NCBI GenBank assembly: GCA_031287215.1
Contig: JAITTF010000222.1
Span: forward strand, 1-46,517
Reading direction: 5' to 3'
Length of the DNA: 46,517 nucleotides
Origin: Bacteroidales bacterium
GTDB lineage: Bacteria > Bacteroidota > Bacteroidia > Bacteroidales > WCHB1-69
In this document: positions 6,867 through 16,351 of the stretch, piece after piece
How positions within the stretch are numbered: position 1 is the first letter of the stretch
How the letters are laid out: the number at the start of each line of letters is the position of its first letter
Made by a program: the position numbers and the translations under genes
Notes under the pieces: model-generated
What the model saw: the letters and a program-made list of their open reading frames with translations, nothing else
The model's database searches: none
Told to the model about the DNA's origin: nothing

Positions 6867-8270
6867 ATGTTTCTTACTATAGCCTACATTTTACTTGTCT
6901 CTATCTGTATTTTAGCATGGAAATTCCTTCCTAAATATGAACCTAATAAGCTATTTATTTTCTTATGGACTATTCAAATTGCTTTAGGAAGTTTGTTTTT
7001 CATTGGCTCATATCAATTTACAGGCTATCTCTTTCTTTATGTTGCAATTATATCTATTATACTTTTTTTTAGTTCATTTTTAGCAAAAAGATGTACCCAT
7101 AAAATAGACATGCAAAATATCGAATATAACTTTAGCCAAAATCGAACTGTTTTAATTTTAATCGTATCCATTATGATGGCGATAATTTATCCTTTTATTA
7201 TTTTAGGTCAAAATGGCATCCATATTGGTGAATTATTTAGTAAAAATGGATTAATAGAAATAAATTTTAAAATGGCAGAACTCAGATATTCTAATAACTT
7301 AGAAATGTCCAAATGGGCTCAACCTTTGCTTGCTATCCTCTATTTTTTGCCTCTCTACGCAGGTTTTGTATTCAACCAATTGCATCACAAATGGAGATGG
7401 CTCTGTTTTATGCCTTGTATTCCTGTTTTGTTAATTTTACTTACTATTAATACCAAAGTAATAGTGGTCTCCTCCATTTTGTTGTGGTTTTGTGGATGGC
7501 TCTGTAGTGCTATTTATCGTAAATTTCCTTTATTAAAACATTTTGGATGGAAAAAAATTACAATAGTGGCATGTTCTGTTATCGCGTTAATAAGTATATT
7601 GATCCTCTCTTTAATGTTACGCGCAGGTGATTTTGATCTTAAAATTGCAAAAATTGCAAAACGCAAATTTGAAGTCTATACTTTCGGGCATCTTCCGGCA
7701 ACCGACAAATGGCTTTTCACAAATGGTGATTCCTTATCTTTCATTGACAATCAATTTGGCAAGTCGGTATTTATAGGTATTTCTGCACCTTTGAATCTTG
7801 CAGAAAAAAAGCAAGGATTATATAAAAAACATACCACATACAGTCATTACTTGCGTCCACTTCCAACTAAATACGAAAAAAAATACAGAACTTTTGAGGG
7901 TGTTGAAATTCCTGAAGGTATTGATAGCACCATTGTTATCGAAATCAATGGGGTCAAATACCACAAAATGCCATTACACACAAATGTTTATACCCTGTTT
8001 AGACCCGCTATTGAAGATTTTGGAATTATTGGGTCTGTTGTATTTTTCTTTTTAGTAGGCTTTATCGGGAGTAATTCATACTACTTCTTAAGAAAAAAAC
8101 GTTTTGTTTTTCTATCTTTGACAATCCTTGCTTCCTGTTATTTTTTCTATCTATTTTATTTTGCTAGTGCATGGTCTTATACCAGTTTCGTGGCTGCCTT
8201 TGCTCTTTTTTATATCGCTATAAAAATATCATTTATTAAAAAAAGGGAACATGAAATTCTCCCTGAGTAA
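6867..8270 (+). CDS. Oligosaccharide repeat-unit polymerase (Wzy-like) integral membrane protein
   Basis: About 10 hydrophobic segments, one large hydrophilic loop, and a C-terminal ...TNVYTLFRPAIEDFGIIGSVVFFFLVG pattern typical of Wzy-type polymerases. It is adjacent to a flippase and a GT2 gene. Confidence 0.55.
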   Translation: MFLTIAYILLVSICILAWKFLPKYEPNKLFIFLWTIQIALGSLFFIGSYQFTGYLFLYVAIISIILFFSSFLAKRCTHKIDMQNIEYNFSQNRTVLILIVSIMMAIIYPFIILGQNGIHIGELFSKNGLIEINFKMAELRYSNNLEMSKWAQPLLAILYFLPLYAGFVFNQLHHKWRWLCFMPCIPVLLILLTINTKVIVVSSILLWFCGWLCSAIYRKFPLLKHFGWKKITIVACSVIALISILILSLMLRAGDFDLKIAKIAKRKFEVYTFGHLPATDKWLFTNGDSLSFIDNQFGKSVFIGISAPLNLAEKKQGLYKKHTTYSHYLRPLPTKYEKKYRTFEGVEIPEGIDSTIVIEINGVKYHKMPLHTNVYTLFRPAIEDFGIIGSVVFFFLVGFIGSNSYYFLRKKRFVFLSLTILASCYFFYLFYFASAWSYTSFVAAFALFYIAIKISFIKKREHEILPE

Positions 8271-9534
8271 TCATAAATTATTTTCTACTACTTTGAGGAA
8301 AGATGTTTTTCTTACCTTTTCCGTCCAAGTAATTTTGATGGTTGCTCTTTTTATTGTCAATAAGATATTGAGTGTTAAATTAGGAGTTGATGGCTATGGT
8401 GAATTTAGCATTATCAAAAGAAGTGCTTCAGTTTTTGCTTATGCCATGGTAGGCGGCATGTCTATTGCATTGCCAAGATACCTCTCTATTTATCGTGCAA
8501 AACAAGAACGACAAACTGAAAATTCGTTTTTTGTAGCATCTCTATTATTGGTATTTTCTTTTTCTTTAATCGTACTCCTATTAGCAATTTTTTTTAAAGA
8601 AAAACTTCTGGTTTTTCTCTTTGGATTGATGCCACAAACCCACTATCTCCCTGTCTTATTGTGTTATGCTTTTTCTCTCTGTATGAGTTCCTATCTTTTT
8701 TCCTTTTTTAGAGGAAAAGGATCGTATCTCATGTTCAGTATTTCTCAAATTGTGGTCCAAGTGATCAACTTAGTAGGTTGTTTTTTTACATTCGTTAGCC
8801 TCTCATTTGTTTTTTATTTTTGGAGTATCGCCGTGTTGGGTTATACTTTCTTTCATATTGTTAGAGAAATTTATAAATTTCAAATTGAAATAAAAGAGAT
8901 TTTTCAGCATATTTTACCCTCTTTCAAACAATTGGCAAAATATGGAACTCCCAGAATGTCAGGTGACTTCCTTTTATTCTCTTTTGCTGCGTATCCTTTA
9001 ATTGTAATCAATCAAAAATTTGGGATGACCAATACGGGATTATTCTCGGCAGCTGTTACGCTCAATACGATGATCACGCCGCTTTTTGCTTTTTTAGGAA
9101 CCATTCTATTACAACGCACCAGCGAAGGGGTGGCAACACACCAACTCGCTCCAATTTATAAAATCATCAACAAAATGATACCGTGTTACGCTGTGCTCGC
9201 TGGATTAGCGGCACTCGCTATTACATTTTTTGCTAAATGGTTATTGCCTCTGTTTTATGAATCCTCTTATATCGAAGCAACTTCGTTCTGTGCTATCGTC
9301 TCCTGGTCTTTGATTCCTAATGCGCTCTATTTACTGTTGCGAAATCCTTTAGATGCTCTGTCCGTATTTCCACACAATACCATTAACCTTTTTGTTAGTT
9401 TTCTCGTTTTAGTAATTGGACTTTATCTGGCTAATACTATTCTGCAATTTTGTTATGTTTATCTCCTCTCCTATTGTGTAATGGCTTTACTGAGTATCTG
9501 TTCGTGGTTTTATGTTAAAATAAAAGTAAAATGA
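8251..9534 (+). CDS. Polysaccharide flippase (Wzx / MOP-superfamily)
   Basis: 427 aa and polytopic (about 12 TM segments). It overlaps the upstream gene by 20 nt and the downstream gene by 4 nt. Confidence 0.6.
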   Translation: MKFSLSNHKLFSTTLRKDVFLTFSVQVILMVALFIVNKILSVKLGVDGYGEFSIIKRSASVFAYAMVGGMSIALPRYLSIYRAKQERQTENSFFVASLLLVFSFSLIVLLLAIFFKEKLLVFLFGLMPQTHYLPVLLCYAFSLCMSSYLFSFFRGKGSYLMFSISQIVVQVINLVGCFFTFVSLSFVFYFWSIAVLGYTFFHIVREIYKFQIEIKEIFQHILPSFKQLAKYGTPRMSGDFLLFSFAAYPLIVINQKFGMTNTGLFSAAVTLNTMITPLFAFLGTILLQRTSEGVATHQLAPIYKIINKMIPCYAVLAGLAALAITFFAKWLLPLFYESSYIEATSFCAIVSWSLIPNALYLLLRNPLDALSVFPHNTINLFVSFLVLVIGLYLANTILQFCYVYLLSYCVMALLSICSWFYVKIKVK

Positions 9535-10349
9535 AACAAATAGCCGTTCTTTGCGTTAATTATCATTCTTACAAAGAGTTGAAGCAATATCTTAACTCCA
9601 TTAATAACGCAGCAATTTTGGTACCCGATTGGCAAATTGAGGTGATGGTTGCCGATAATTCTGATCGTTTTCAACAAGAAATTACAACCACTTTTCCTCA
9701 TATTAAAGTGGAAATATTTCCTTTTTATGAGAATTTAGGCTACTTGAATGCCATCGCCAAAGTGGCATCTATGAAAGGAAAAGACTATTTTTTAAACTAT
9801 CAATTTGTAATCTTTTCTAATGTAGATATTAGTCTCGAATTAGATTTTTTTGAAAAACTTACCACTTTTCCATTACAAGAACAAATAGGATGGTTAGCGC
9901 CTTCAATTTATTCTAAACAAGAGAAGTTGGATAAAAATCCGAGCATGATAAGTCGCCCTAATTTAAAACAAATCAATAGATTAATCAGACTGTATGAACA
10001 GCCAATCTATTTCCAATTGTACAGAAAATTAATTTATCCTTTCAGAAGAAAAAGAAGAAAAACGGATGATCATCATTCCCTAATATACGCAGGTCATGGT
10101 TCTTGTATGATTTTTAGCGGTTCTTTTATCCATAAAATCACGCCCTTTCAATTCCCGACATTTTTATTTTGTGAAGAAATTTTTCTTGCAGAATTATTAA
10201 TTCAACATCATTTAACAGTTTACTATGAACCATCTATAAAAGTACAAGATTTAGAACACATTAATACAGGGAATATCAACTATAAAAGATTGTGCCAATG
10301 GCATATAGAGTCTTTACAAGCCTTAAAACAACTATTTATTTTTGATTAA
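9531..10349 (+). CDS. Family 2 glycosyltransferase
   Basis: N-terminal IAVLCVNYHSYKELKQYLNSI...VMVADNSD, a GT-A pattern. No TM segments. Confidence 0.65.
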   Translation: MKQIAVLCVNYHSYKELKQYLNSINNAAILVPDWQIEVMVADNSDRFQQEITTTFPHIKVEIFPFYENLGYLNAIAKVASMKGKDYFLNYQFVIFSNVDISLELDFFEKLTTFPLQEQIGWLAPSIYSKQEKLDKNPSMISRPNLKQINRLIRLYEQPIYFQLYRKLIYPFRRKRRKTDDHHSLIYAGHGSCMIFSGSFIHKITPFQFPTFLFCEEIFLAELLIQHHLTVYYEPSIKVQDLEHINTGNINYKRLCQWHIESLQALKQLFIFD

Positions 10350-10396
10350 TCATAATTTTATTGTATCTTTACATTTTTAAATTAAAAATAGAAAAT

Positions 10397-11077
10397 ATGA
10401 AAAAACACATACCTAATACACTTACTTGTTGTAACTTAATCTCCGGATGTATCTCCATTGTCATGGCTTTTGAGGGGCATTTAGAAGTTGCCTCTTGGAT
10501 GATGGTAGTGGCGGCAGGCTTCGATTTTTTAGATGGTTTTTCGGCTCGTTTACTGCATTCTAAATCTTACATTGGCAAAGATTTAGACTCTCTTGCAGAT
10601 GTTGTCTCTTTCGGAGTCGCCCCGGCAATGATTCTTTTTGTATGGATGGGAAAAGACTATTCCGGCATTTTGGCATTATTACCTTTTTTAGTGTTTATCA
10701 TTCCGGCATTATCCGCTATTCGATTGGCAAAATTTAATCACGATGACCGACAATTGACCGAATTTCGTGGACTACCAACACCTGCCAATGCGCTATTCCT
10801 CGGTTTTTTGCATTTTTTAAAACCTCAATTCCCTTTTATTGATAATGGATACCTCATTATTGCTTTGGCGATCGTTTTTTCTGTGTTTCTTGTTACTGAT
10901 GTGAAAATGTTCTCGTTAAAATTCAGTAATTTCAAATGGACTGACAATAAAATTAGATTTATTTTCCTATTGTTGTCGGCAGTACTACTCATCATTTTTA
11001 AGTTTGGTGCTCTACCTCTCATCATCTTGTTGTTTATCTGTTTATCCTTGATTAACAATCTCACTAATAAAAAATAA
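10397..11077 (+). CDS. pssA: CDP-diacylglycerol--serine O-phosphatidyltransferase (CDP-alcohol phosphatidyltransferase family)
   Basis: Contains DFLDGFSARLL...GKDLDSLADVVSFGVAP, which matches the D-x2-DG-x2-AR...G-x3-D-x3-D motif. The start is placed at MKKHIPNTLT (10397) rather than the track TTG at 10361. Confidence 0.85.
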   Translation: MKKHIPNTLTCCNLISGCISIVMAFEGHLEVASWMMVVAAGFDFLDGFSARLLHSKSYIGKDLDSLADVVSFGVAPAMILFVWMGKDYSGILALLPFLVFIIPALSAIRLAKFNHDDRQLTEFRGLPTPANALFLGFLHFLKPQFPFIDNGYLIIALAIVFSVFLVTDVKMFSLKFSNFKWTDNKIRFIFLLLSAVLLIIFKFGALPLIILLFICLSLINNLTNKK

Positions 11078-11083
11078 AACCTC

Positions 11084-11671
11084 ATGAAAATCAATTCTAT
11101 CGCGCTGTTTTGTGGTTCATCGGAAGTAGCAAAAGAGTGTTATAAAGAGATTGCCGTTGATTTTGGTAAAAATTGTGCCTCCAGAAAGCTGACCTTGATT
11201 TATGGAGGCGCAGGGATTGGGTTAATGGGAAAAGCAGCGCATGCAGCAGTAGAAAATGGCGGAGAGGTAATTGGCATTGCTCCCGATTTTTTTGCTTCCG
11301 GTGCCGTTTTGTCCGAACAAATACAAAATCTTATCCTGGTAAAAAGTATGAGCGAACGCAAACAACTCTTCGAACAAAAAGCAGATGCTTTTGTCGCTTT
11401 ACCCGGCTCCTATGGCACTATGAATGAACTTTTTGAAGTCATTACTAACGCTCAATTAGGCATGCACGCCAAACCTGTCGTACTACTGAATGCTTACGGC
11501 TTCTACGATCACCTCATTGCTCAACTTCAACGATTTAAAGAAGATGGTCTTTTACGCGATTTCCATTATAACCTTCTATTAGTAGCTCATACAATCCCGG
11601 AATTTTTCTCATTAATAGATCATTACCAATATTCCAATAGCCAAAATTGGTTGGATAAAATTAGAAAATAG
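11084..11671 (+). CDS. LOG-family (TIGR00730-type) nucleotide phosphoribohydrolase
   Basis: Motifs IALFCGSS, LIYGGAGIGLMG and PGSYGTMNELFE. Confidence 0.85.
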   Translation: MKINSIALFCGSSEVAKECYKEIAVDFGKNCASRKLTLIYGGAGIGLMGKAAHAAVENGGEVIGIAPDFFASGAVLSEQIQNLILVKSMSERKQLFEQKADAFVALPGSYGTMNELFEVITNAQLGMHAKPVVLLNAYGFYDHLIAQLQRFKEDGLLRDFHYNLLLVAHTIPEFFSLIDHYQYSNSQNWLDKIRK

Positions 11672-11744
11672 GAGTGATCTATTCTTCTTTTTTTTTATCT
11701 TCATATTTTTTTTTGTTTTTATTTTAATTATAAAAAAAATCATG

Positions 11745-11752
11745 TATCTTTG
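11745..11752 (+). promoter_or_regulatory. -7 promoter box TATCTTTG
   Basis: Matches TAnnTTTG. It lies downstream of the track ATG at 11742, which argues for the start at 11781. Confidence 0.5.
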
Positions 11753-11780
11753 CGTGAGTTTTGTATTAATTTTTTTTAGA

Positions 11781-14297
11781 ATGAAAAAAAATTTATTTTG
11801 TATATTAATCCTGTTAATATCAGGGAGTTATAGTTTTGCTCAGCAAGATAATTCGGTTAAAGATTCTACGAGGAACGAGGGTGCTGTTCGCGAAGAATTA
11901 GGTACTTCTAATACCAATGATGGTCAAGATGATGAAGAAAATAGCTCAGGAAGTTACATTCCCAGTTTATTACACTCCTCAAATGACATATTTACGAGTA
12001 ATACCTCTTATACATTTAGCATAGCCTATTTTAGGACAAGAGGATATGATAGCGAATGCCAATCGGTATCTATCAACAACTTTGCCATGAATAGTTTAGT
12101 AACCGGTAGGGCAACCTATTCACAATGGGGAGGATTAAATCATGTTTTTCGTTTTCCTGAAAATGCCTTGAATATGAATGCCTCTTCTTTTACTTTTGGC
12201 AAAATTGGAGGTGCTATGAACTATACGGTCAGAGCCTCTTCTTACCGCAAACAGGTGAGAGCTACTTATTCACTTTCCAACAGAACTTATAATCACAGAC
12301 TTATGATGACATACGCTACCGGAGTTTTGAAAAGTGGCTGGTCTTTTGCAGCTTCGCTTTCCGGTCGTTTTGGCAATGCTATCAGTTATGTAGATGGTTC
12401 TGTTTATAATGGACTTAGCTATTTTTTGGCTGCAGAAAAGAAGTTCAGCAGTGAACACGCCTTAAGTTTGACCGCTTTTGGTGCTCCCGTACAAAGGAGC
12501 GTTCAAGGCAATGCCGTACAAGATGCATACGATTTAACAGAAACAAATTACTATAACCCTAATTGGGGTTGGTATCAAGGCAAACAACGTTCAGCAAGAA
12601 TTAGAACTATCCATGAACCGGTGATTTTATTGACTCATTATTATACTCCTAAAGAAAATAAATTACAAATCACTTCTACCATTGCCTCTACCTTTGGCAA
12701 AAATCATACTACTGCACTCAATTGGTATGATGTGCCGGATCCACGTCCCGATTATTATCGCAATTTTCCACGCTATCAGACCGATACCGCTTTGTTTGAT
12801 TTATATACCGATAGATGGCACAATGACGTTAATGTTAGACAAATTGATTGGAATAACATGTATAAAATCAATCAAGCAGCAGCCTTGTTAGGCAAAAGAG
12901 CACAATATATGGTTGAAAGTCGCAATATGGATCATTTCCAATTAGGTGGCACTTCTACTTTAGTTTATAATATTGATAATCATACCAAATTAGTTGCAGG
13001 TATCGACATTAGAGGCATGAAACAGAGAAATTATAAAACTATTTATGATTTATTGGGAGGTGCATTTTGGATTGATGTAGATAAATACGCAGAAGGAGAA
13101 TTTCCTGAAAATGCAGACCAGATGTATAATGATGTCAACGTAAAAGATACCCCTTTACACGAAGGTGATGTTTTTGGGTATGATTATGATTTAGTTTTGA
13201 TGAATCAAAATGTATGGGCAGTAGTTCAATTTAATTATGCAAAAGTTGATTTTCATATTGGTGCTGACCTTGGAGGCGCAGAATTTTGGAGAGAAGGCAA
13301 TATGACCAATGGTCGCTATGCTAACAACTCCTTCGGAAAATCAGAAGCTCAAAATTTTTTAGTTTATAAACTGAAAGCCGGTTTTAATTACAAGATTTCC
13401 GGAAGAAACTATATTATTCTCAACGGACATTATGGTAGCGAAGCCCCAAGCGTATTGAACTCTTTTGTAGCTCCAAGAGTTAGAAACACGGTTGCTAAAA
13501 ATCTTCAAAATGAAAAAATATTATCTGCCGATCTCTCATACGTCATGAATTATCCTTTTATGAAGATGAGAGTTACCGGATATTATACCGAATTTATGAA
13601 TAAAACCAAATTGATTAGTTTTTATCATGACGATTTTTCATCTATGGTTAACTATTCTATGACCGGAATCAATCAACGGCATATTGGTATTGAATTAGGT
13701 GCAGAAATAAAGTTAGGTTCCATGTTCTCACTCATTTTAGCCGGTAATTATGGAGATTATAAATATACCAATAGACCGGAAGTATATATCACTGCCGATA
13801 ACGGTACCGATATACTTTCCAATGGAAATAGTGAATTAGCCCAGACTATCTACTGGCAGAATTATAAAGTAGCAGGTTCTCCTCAAGTAGCAGCTACTCT
13901 GGGACTAAAATTTAATTATGACTACTGGTGGGTGAATATAAATGCCAATTATTTTGACAAAATCTATTGCGACATCAATCCTGAAAGACACACGATGAAT
14001 GCGCGTGGTACCCTTGCTGATGACGATCCTCGCTTACTATCAATGCTTGAACAACAACGTTTAAAAGGTCAATTTACCTTGGATGCTTCAATCAGTAAAT
14101 CATGGAGAATTAAATATAAATACAACATCGGGTTCAATATCAGTGTTACTAATATATTGAATAATAAAAATTTAATAACGACTGCTTGGCAGCAATATCG
14201 TTATGATTTTGACAATTATAATTCCGAAAAATTTGGCAATAAATATTATTATGCTTTTGGAACGACATTTTATGCCGGTATCAATTTCCAATTCTAA
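11781..14297 (+). CDS. TonB-dependent-receptor-like outer membrane beta-barrel protein
   Basis: Signal peptide MKKNLFCILILLISGSYSFAQQ, a plug-like segment FRTRGYDSECQSVSINNFAMN, long alternating beta-strand sequence and a terminal ...FYAGINFQF. Confidence 0.6.
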   Translation: MKKNLFCILILLISGSYSFAQQDNSVKDSTRNEGAVREELGTSNTNDGQDDEENSSGSYIPSLLHSSNDIFTSNTSYTFSIAYFRTRGYDSECQSVSINNFAMNSLVTGRATYSQWGGLNHVFRFPENALNMNASSFTFGKIGGAMNYTVRASSYRKQVRATYSLSNRTYNHRLMMTYATGVLKSGWSFAASLSGRFGNAISYVDGSVYNGLSYFLAAEKKFSSEHALSLTAFGAPVQRSVQGNAVQDAYDLTETNYYNPNWGWYQGKQRSARIRTIHEPVILLTHYYTPKENKLQITSTIASTFGKNHTTALNWYDVPDPRPDYYRNFPRYQTDTALFDLYTDRWHNDVNVRQIDWNNMYKINQAAALLGKRAQYMVESRNMDHFQLGGTSTLVYNIDNHTKLVAGIDIRGMKQRNYKTIYDLLGGAFWIDVDKYAEGEFPENADQMYNDVNVKDTPLHEGDVFGYDYDLVLMNQNVWAVVQFNYAKVDFHIGADLGGAEFWREGNMTNGRYANNSFGKSEAQNFLVYKLKAGFNYKISGRNYIILNGHYGSEAPSVLNSFVAPRVRNTVAKNLQNEKILSADLSYVMNYPFMKMRVTGYYTEFMNKTKLISFYHDDFSSMVNYSMTGINQRHIGIELGAEIKLGSMFSLILAGNYGDYKYTNRPEVYITADNGTDILSNGNSELAQTIYWQNYKVAGSPQVAATLGLKFNYDYWWVNINANYFDKIYCDINPERHTMNARGTLADDDPRLLSMLEQQRLKGQFTLDASISKSWRIKYKYNIGFNISVTNILNNKNLITTAWQQYRYDFDNYNSEKFGNKYYYAFGTTFYAGINFQF

Positions 14298-14347
14298 TAG
14301 TTGCTAAAAAAAAAATTGAGATTGTACTATATTTCAAAAAAAAATAG

Positions 14348-14355
14348 TACTTTTG
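14348..14355 (+). promoter_or_regulatory. -7 promoter box TACTTTTG (tRNA-Gly)
   Basis: The 12-mer gtacttttgcag ends 10 nt before the tRNA 5' end. The same 12-mer precedes tRNA-Pro. Confidence 0.55.
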
Positions 14356-14369
14356 CAGCCCTAAAACAA

Positions 14370-14442
<73 letters not shown>

Positions 14443-14587
14443 CATTTGATACTCTTACAAAGTTTCCCTGTTTTTTTCGATTAAAACAATTACTCCTTAA
14501 GGAAATTGTTAAAACAGTGCGCTTAATCCTTTTTTTAAATAAATTGGATTTCAGATGATACCGAGATTGTTGCTCAATGACAATACC

Positions 14588-14609
14588 TTTAACGACTTAA
14601 GTCGTTAAG
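14588..14609. terminator. Perfect palindrome between the convergent tRNA genes (possible bidirectional terminator)
   Basis: tttaacgacttaagtcgttaaa-type palindrome with core ttaacgactt/aagtcgttaa at 14589-14608. An A9 run follows on the + strand. Only weak GC content. Confidence 0.3.
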
Positions 14610-14640
14610 ATTCCCAATAAAAAAAAACTTCTTTAGAAAG

Positions 14641-14714
14641 TCGGGATGAGAAGACTCGAACTTCCGACCCCTTGCACCCCATGCAAGTACGCTAGCCAAC
14701 TGCGCCACATCCCG
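14641..14714 (-). tRNA. tRNA-Pro (anticodon GGG)
   Basis: Reverse complement is CGGGATGTGGCGCAGTTGGCTAGCGTACTTGCATGGGGTGCAAGGGGTCGGAAGTTCGAGTCTTCTCATCCCGA. Acceptor CGGGATG/CATCCCG, anticodon loop ATGGGGT (U33, GGG, G37), T-loop TTCGAGT. Confidence 0.9.
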
Positions 14715-14730
14715 ATCATTTTTCAGACTG

Positions 14731-14738
14731 CAAAAGTA
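14731..14738 (-). promoter_or_regulatory. -7 promoter box TACTTTTG (tRNA-Pro)
   Basis: caaaagta on the + strand. In context the minus strand reads gtacttttgcag. Confidence 0.55.
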
Positions 14739-14832
14739 CAATATTTTTTTTTATTCTATCATAGAATAAGATTTATTTTTTGTTTTTTTTTAGAAGTTCT
14801 ATTTTTTTAATCGTAAATTCGTTTTTTTTTAT

Positions 14833-14840
14833 TACTTTTG
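14833..14840 (+). promoter_or_regulatory. -7 promoter box TACTTTTG (antiporter gene)
   Basis: Matches TAnnTTTG, 16 nt before the ATG at 14857. Confidence 0.5.
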
Positions 14841-14856
14841 TTGACAAATTGAATTA

Positions 14857-16341
14857 ATGAATTTAGGAATAGAAAACATCATGTTAATAGGAGCTATTTT
14901 GCTCTTGGCAAGTGTCATTGCTGGTAAAGCTTCTTCTCGTTATGGCATTCCCACTCTTATTTTATTCCTCGTAGTCGGAATGTTAGCAGGATCTGAAGGT
15001 ATCCTTAAAATCAAGTTCAACGACCCCCATATTGCTAAATTTATTGGCATCGTCTGTCTGAATTTCATTCTATTTTCAGGTGGATTAGAAACCAAATGGC
15101 AAGCCATTCGTCCTGTTTTCTGGCAGGGAGTTACCCTTTCCACTTTAGGTGTTGTCATCACTGCACTTACTACGGGACTATTTGTTAGTTTAATTACTGA
15201 CTTTAATATTTATGAAGGTCTTCTTCTGGGTGCAATTGTCTCTTCTACTGACGCTGCGGCAGTATTTTCTATTCTACGTTCCAGAAATATGGCTTTAAAA
15301 AACAATTTACGACCTTTATTAGAACTGGAAAGTGGCAGTAATGATCCTGTAGCTAATCTTTTAACAATCGCTTTTCTCTCTTTAGTAGCAAACCCTCATC
15401 AAGAGACAAGCGTGTTGATCAACTTCTTTTTAAAAGAGGTAATTATGGGCGTTTTCTGTGGTTTCATTTTTGGATACCTAAGCAAAACATTAATTAATAG
15501 ATTAAAAATAGATTTGGAAGGGCTCTATTTTGTATTAGTAATTTCGCTAATTTTCTTAACCTATTCTTTAACCTCTTTGATTCATGGAAATGGTTTTTTA
15601 GCTGTTTATCTATGCGCTGTCTATCTTGGAAATCAAGAACTAATGCACAAAAAAAGCATTATTAAAACTTTTGATGCTTTTGCTTGGTTAATGCAAATTA
15701 TTCTCTTTTTAGCTTTGGGTTTGTTAGTCTTTCCTTCCCATATTTTGCAAGTATCCTTATTAGGAATGGCAATATCTCTTTTCCTCATTTTTGTTGCTCG
15801 CCCACTATCTGTTTTTATTGGATTGGCTCCATTTAAGATGCAACTTAAAAGCAAAGTCTATGTTTCATGGGTAGGACTTCGTGGCGCTGTACCTATAGTT
15901 TTTGCTACTTATCCTCTAATCGAAGGAATTGACAAAGCCGGTATTATTTTCAATATTGTTTTCTTTATCTCAGTTACTTCTGTACTGGTTCAAGGTGGAT
16001 TACTCGGCAAAATGGCAAAATGGCTTAAGGTAGGACATCCCTCTTCTAACAAATCATATTCCCCTGTTGAACTTTTCCTAAATGACTATGCTAAAACAAG
16101 AATGGTAGAAATTGAACTACCTCCCGATAGTTATGCCGTAGGAAAACAAATCATTGATCTTCAATTCCCGGAAAATTCTATTATTGCTATGATTAATAGA
16201 AAAAGTAAATTTTTCACCCCCAACGGCTCCTCTTTGTTAGAAGCTCATGACATACTCATCGTCCTTGCGGACAACCAAAAAGGTATCACAAAAGTGTATA
16301 ATTGTTTAGATATTGATGAACCCGAAACTAATGATGCATAA
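14857..16341 (+). CDS. nhaP2: K+/H+ antiporter, NhaP2/CvrA type (CPA1 membrane domain plus C-terminal TrkA-C domain)
   Basis: N-terminus ...LLLASVIAGKASSRYGIPTLILFLVVGMLAGSEGI, ESGSNDP motif, about 12 TM segments, and a soluble C-terminal region ...MVEIELPPDSYAVGKQIIDL... Confidence 0.85.
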   Translation: MNLGIENIMLIGAILLLASVIAGKASSRYGIPTLILFLVVGMLAGSEGILKIKFNDPHIAKFIGIVCLNFILFSGGLETKWQAIRPVFWQGVTLSTLGVVITALTTGLFVSLITDFNIYEGLLLGAIVSSTDAAAVFSILRSRNMALKNNLRPLLELESGSNDPVANLLTIAFLSLVANPHQETSVLINFFLKEVIMGVFCGFIFGYLSKTLINRLKIDLEGLYFVLVISLIFLTYSLTSLIHGNGFLAVYLCAVYLGNQELMHKKSIIKTFDAFAWLMQIILFLALGLLVFPSHILQVSLLGMAISLFLIFVARPLSVFIGLAPFKMQLKSKVYVSWVGLRGAVPIVFATYPLIEGIDKAGIIFNIVFFISVTSVLVQGGLLGKMAKWLKVGHPSSNKSYSPVELFLNDYAKTRMVEIELPPDSYAVGKQIIDLQFPENSIIAMINRKSKFFTPNGSSLLEAHDILIVLADNQKGITKVYNCLDIDEPETNDA

Positions 16342-16351
16342 GGTTTAGAGA

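Noticed and set aside
14751-14769. 19-nt palindrome ttattctat-c-atagaataa between the tRNA-Pro and antiporter promoters, considered as an operator
   Set aside because: Arms of 9 bp made only of A/T-rich sequence are expected by chance several times in a window of this size and composition. There is no second copy to support it.
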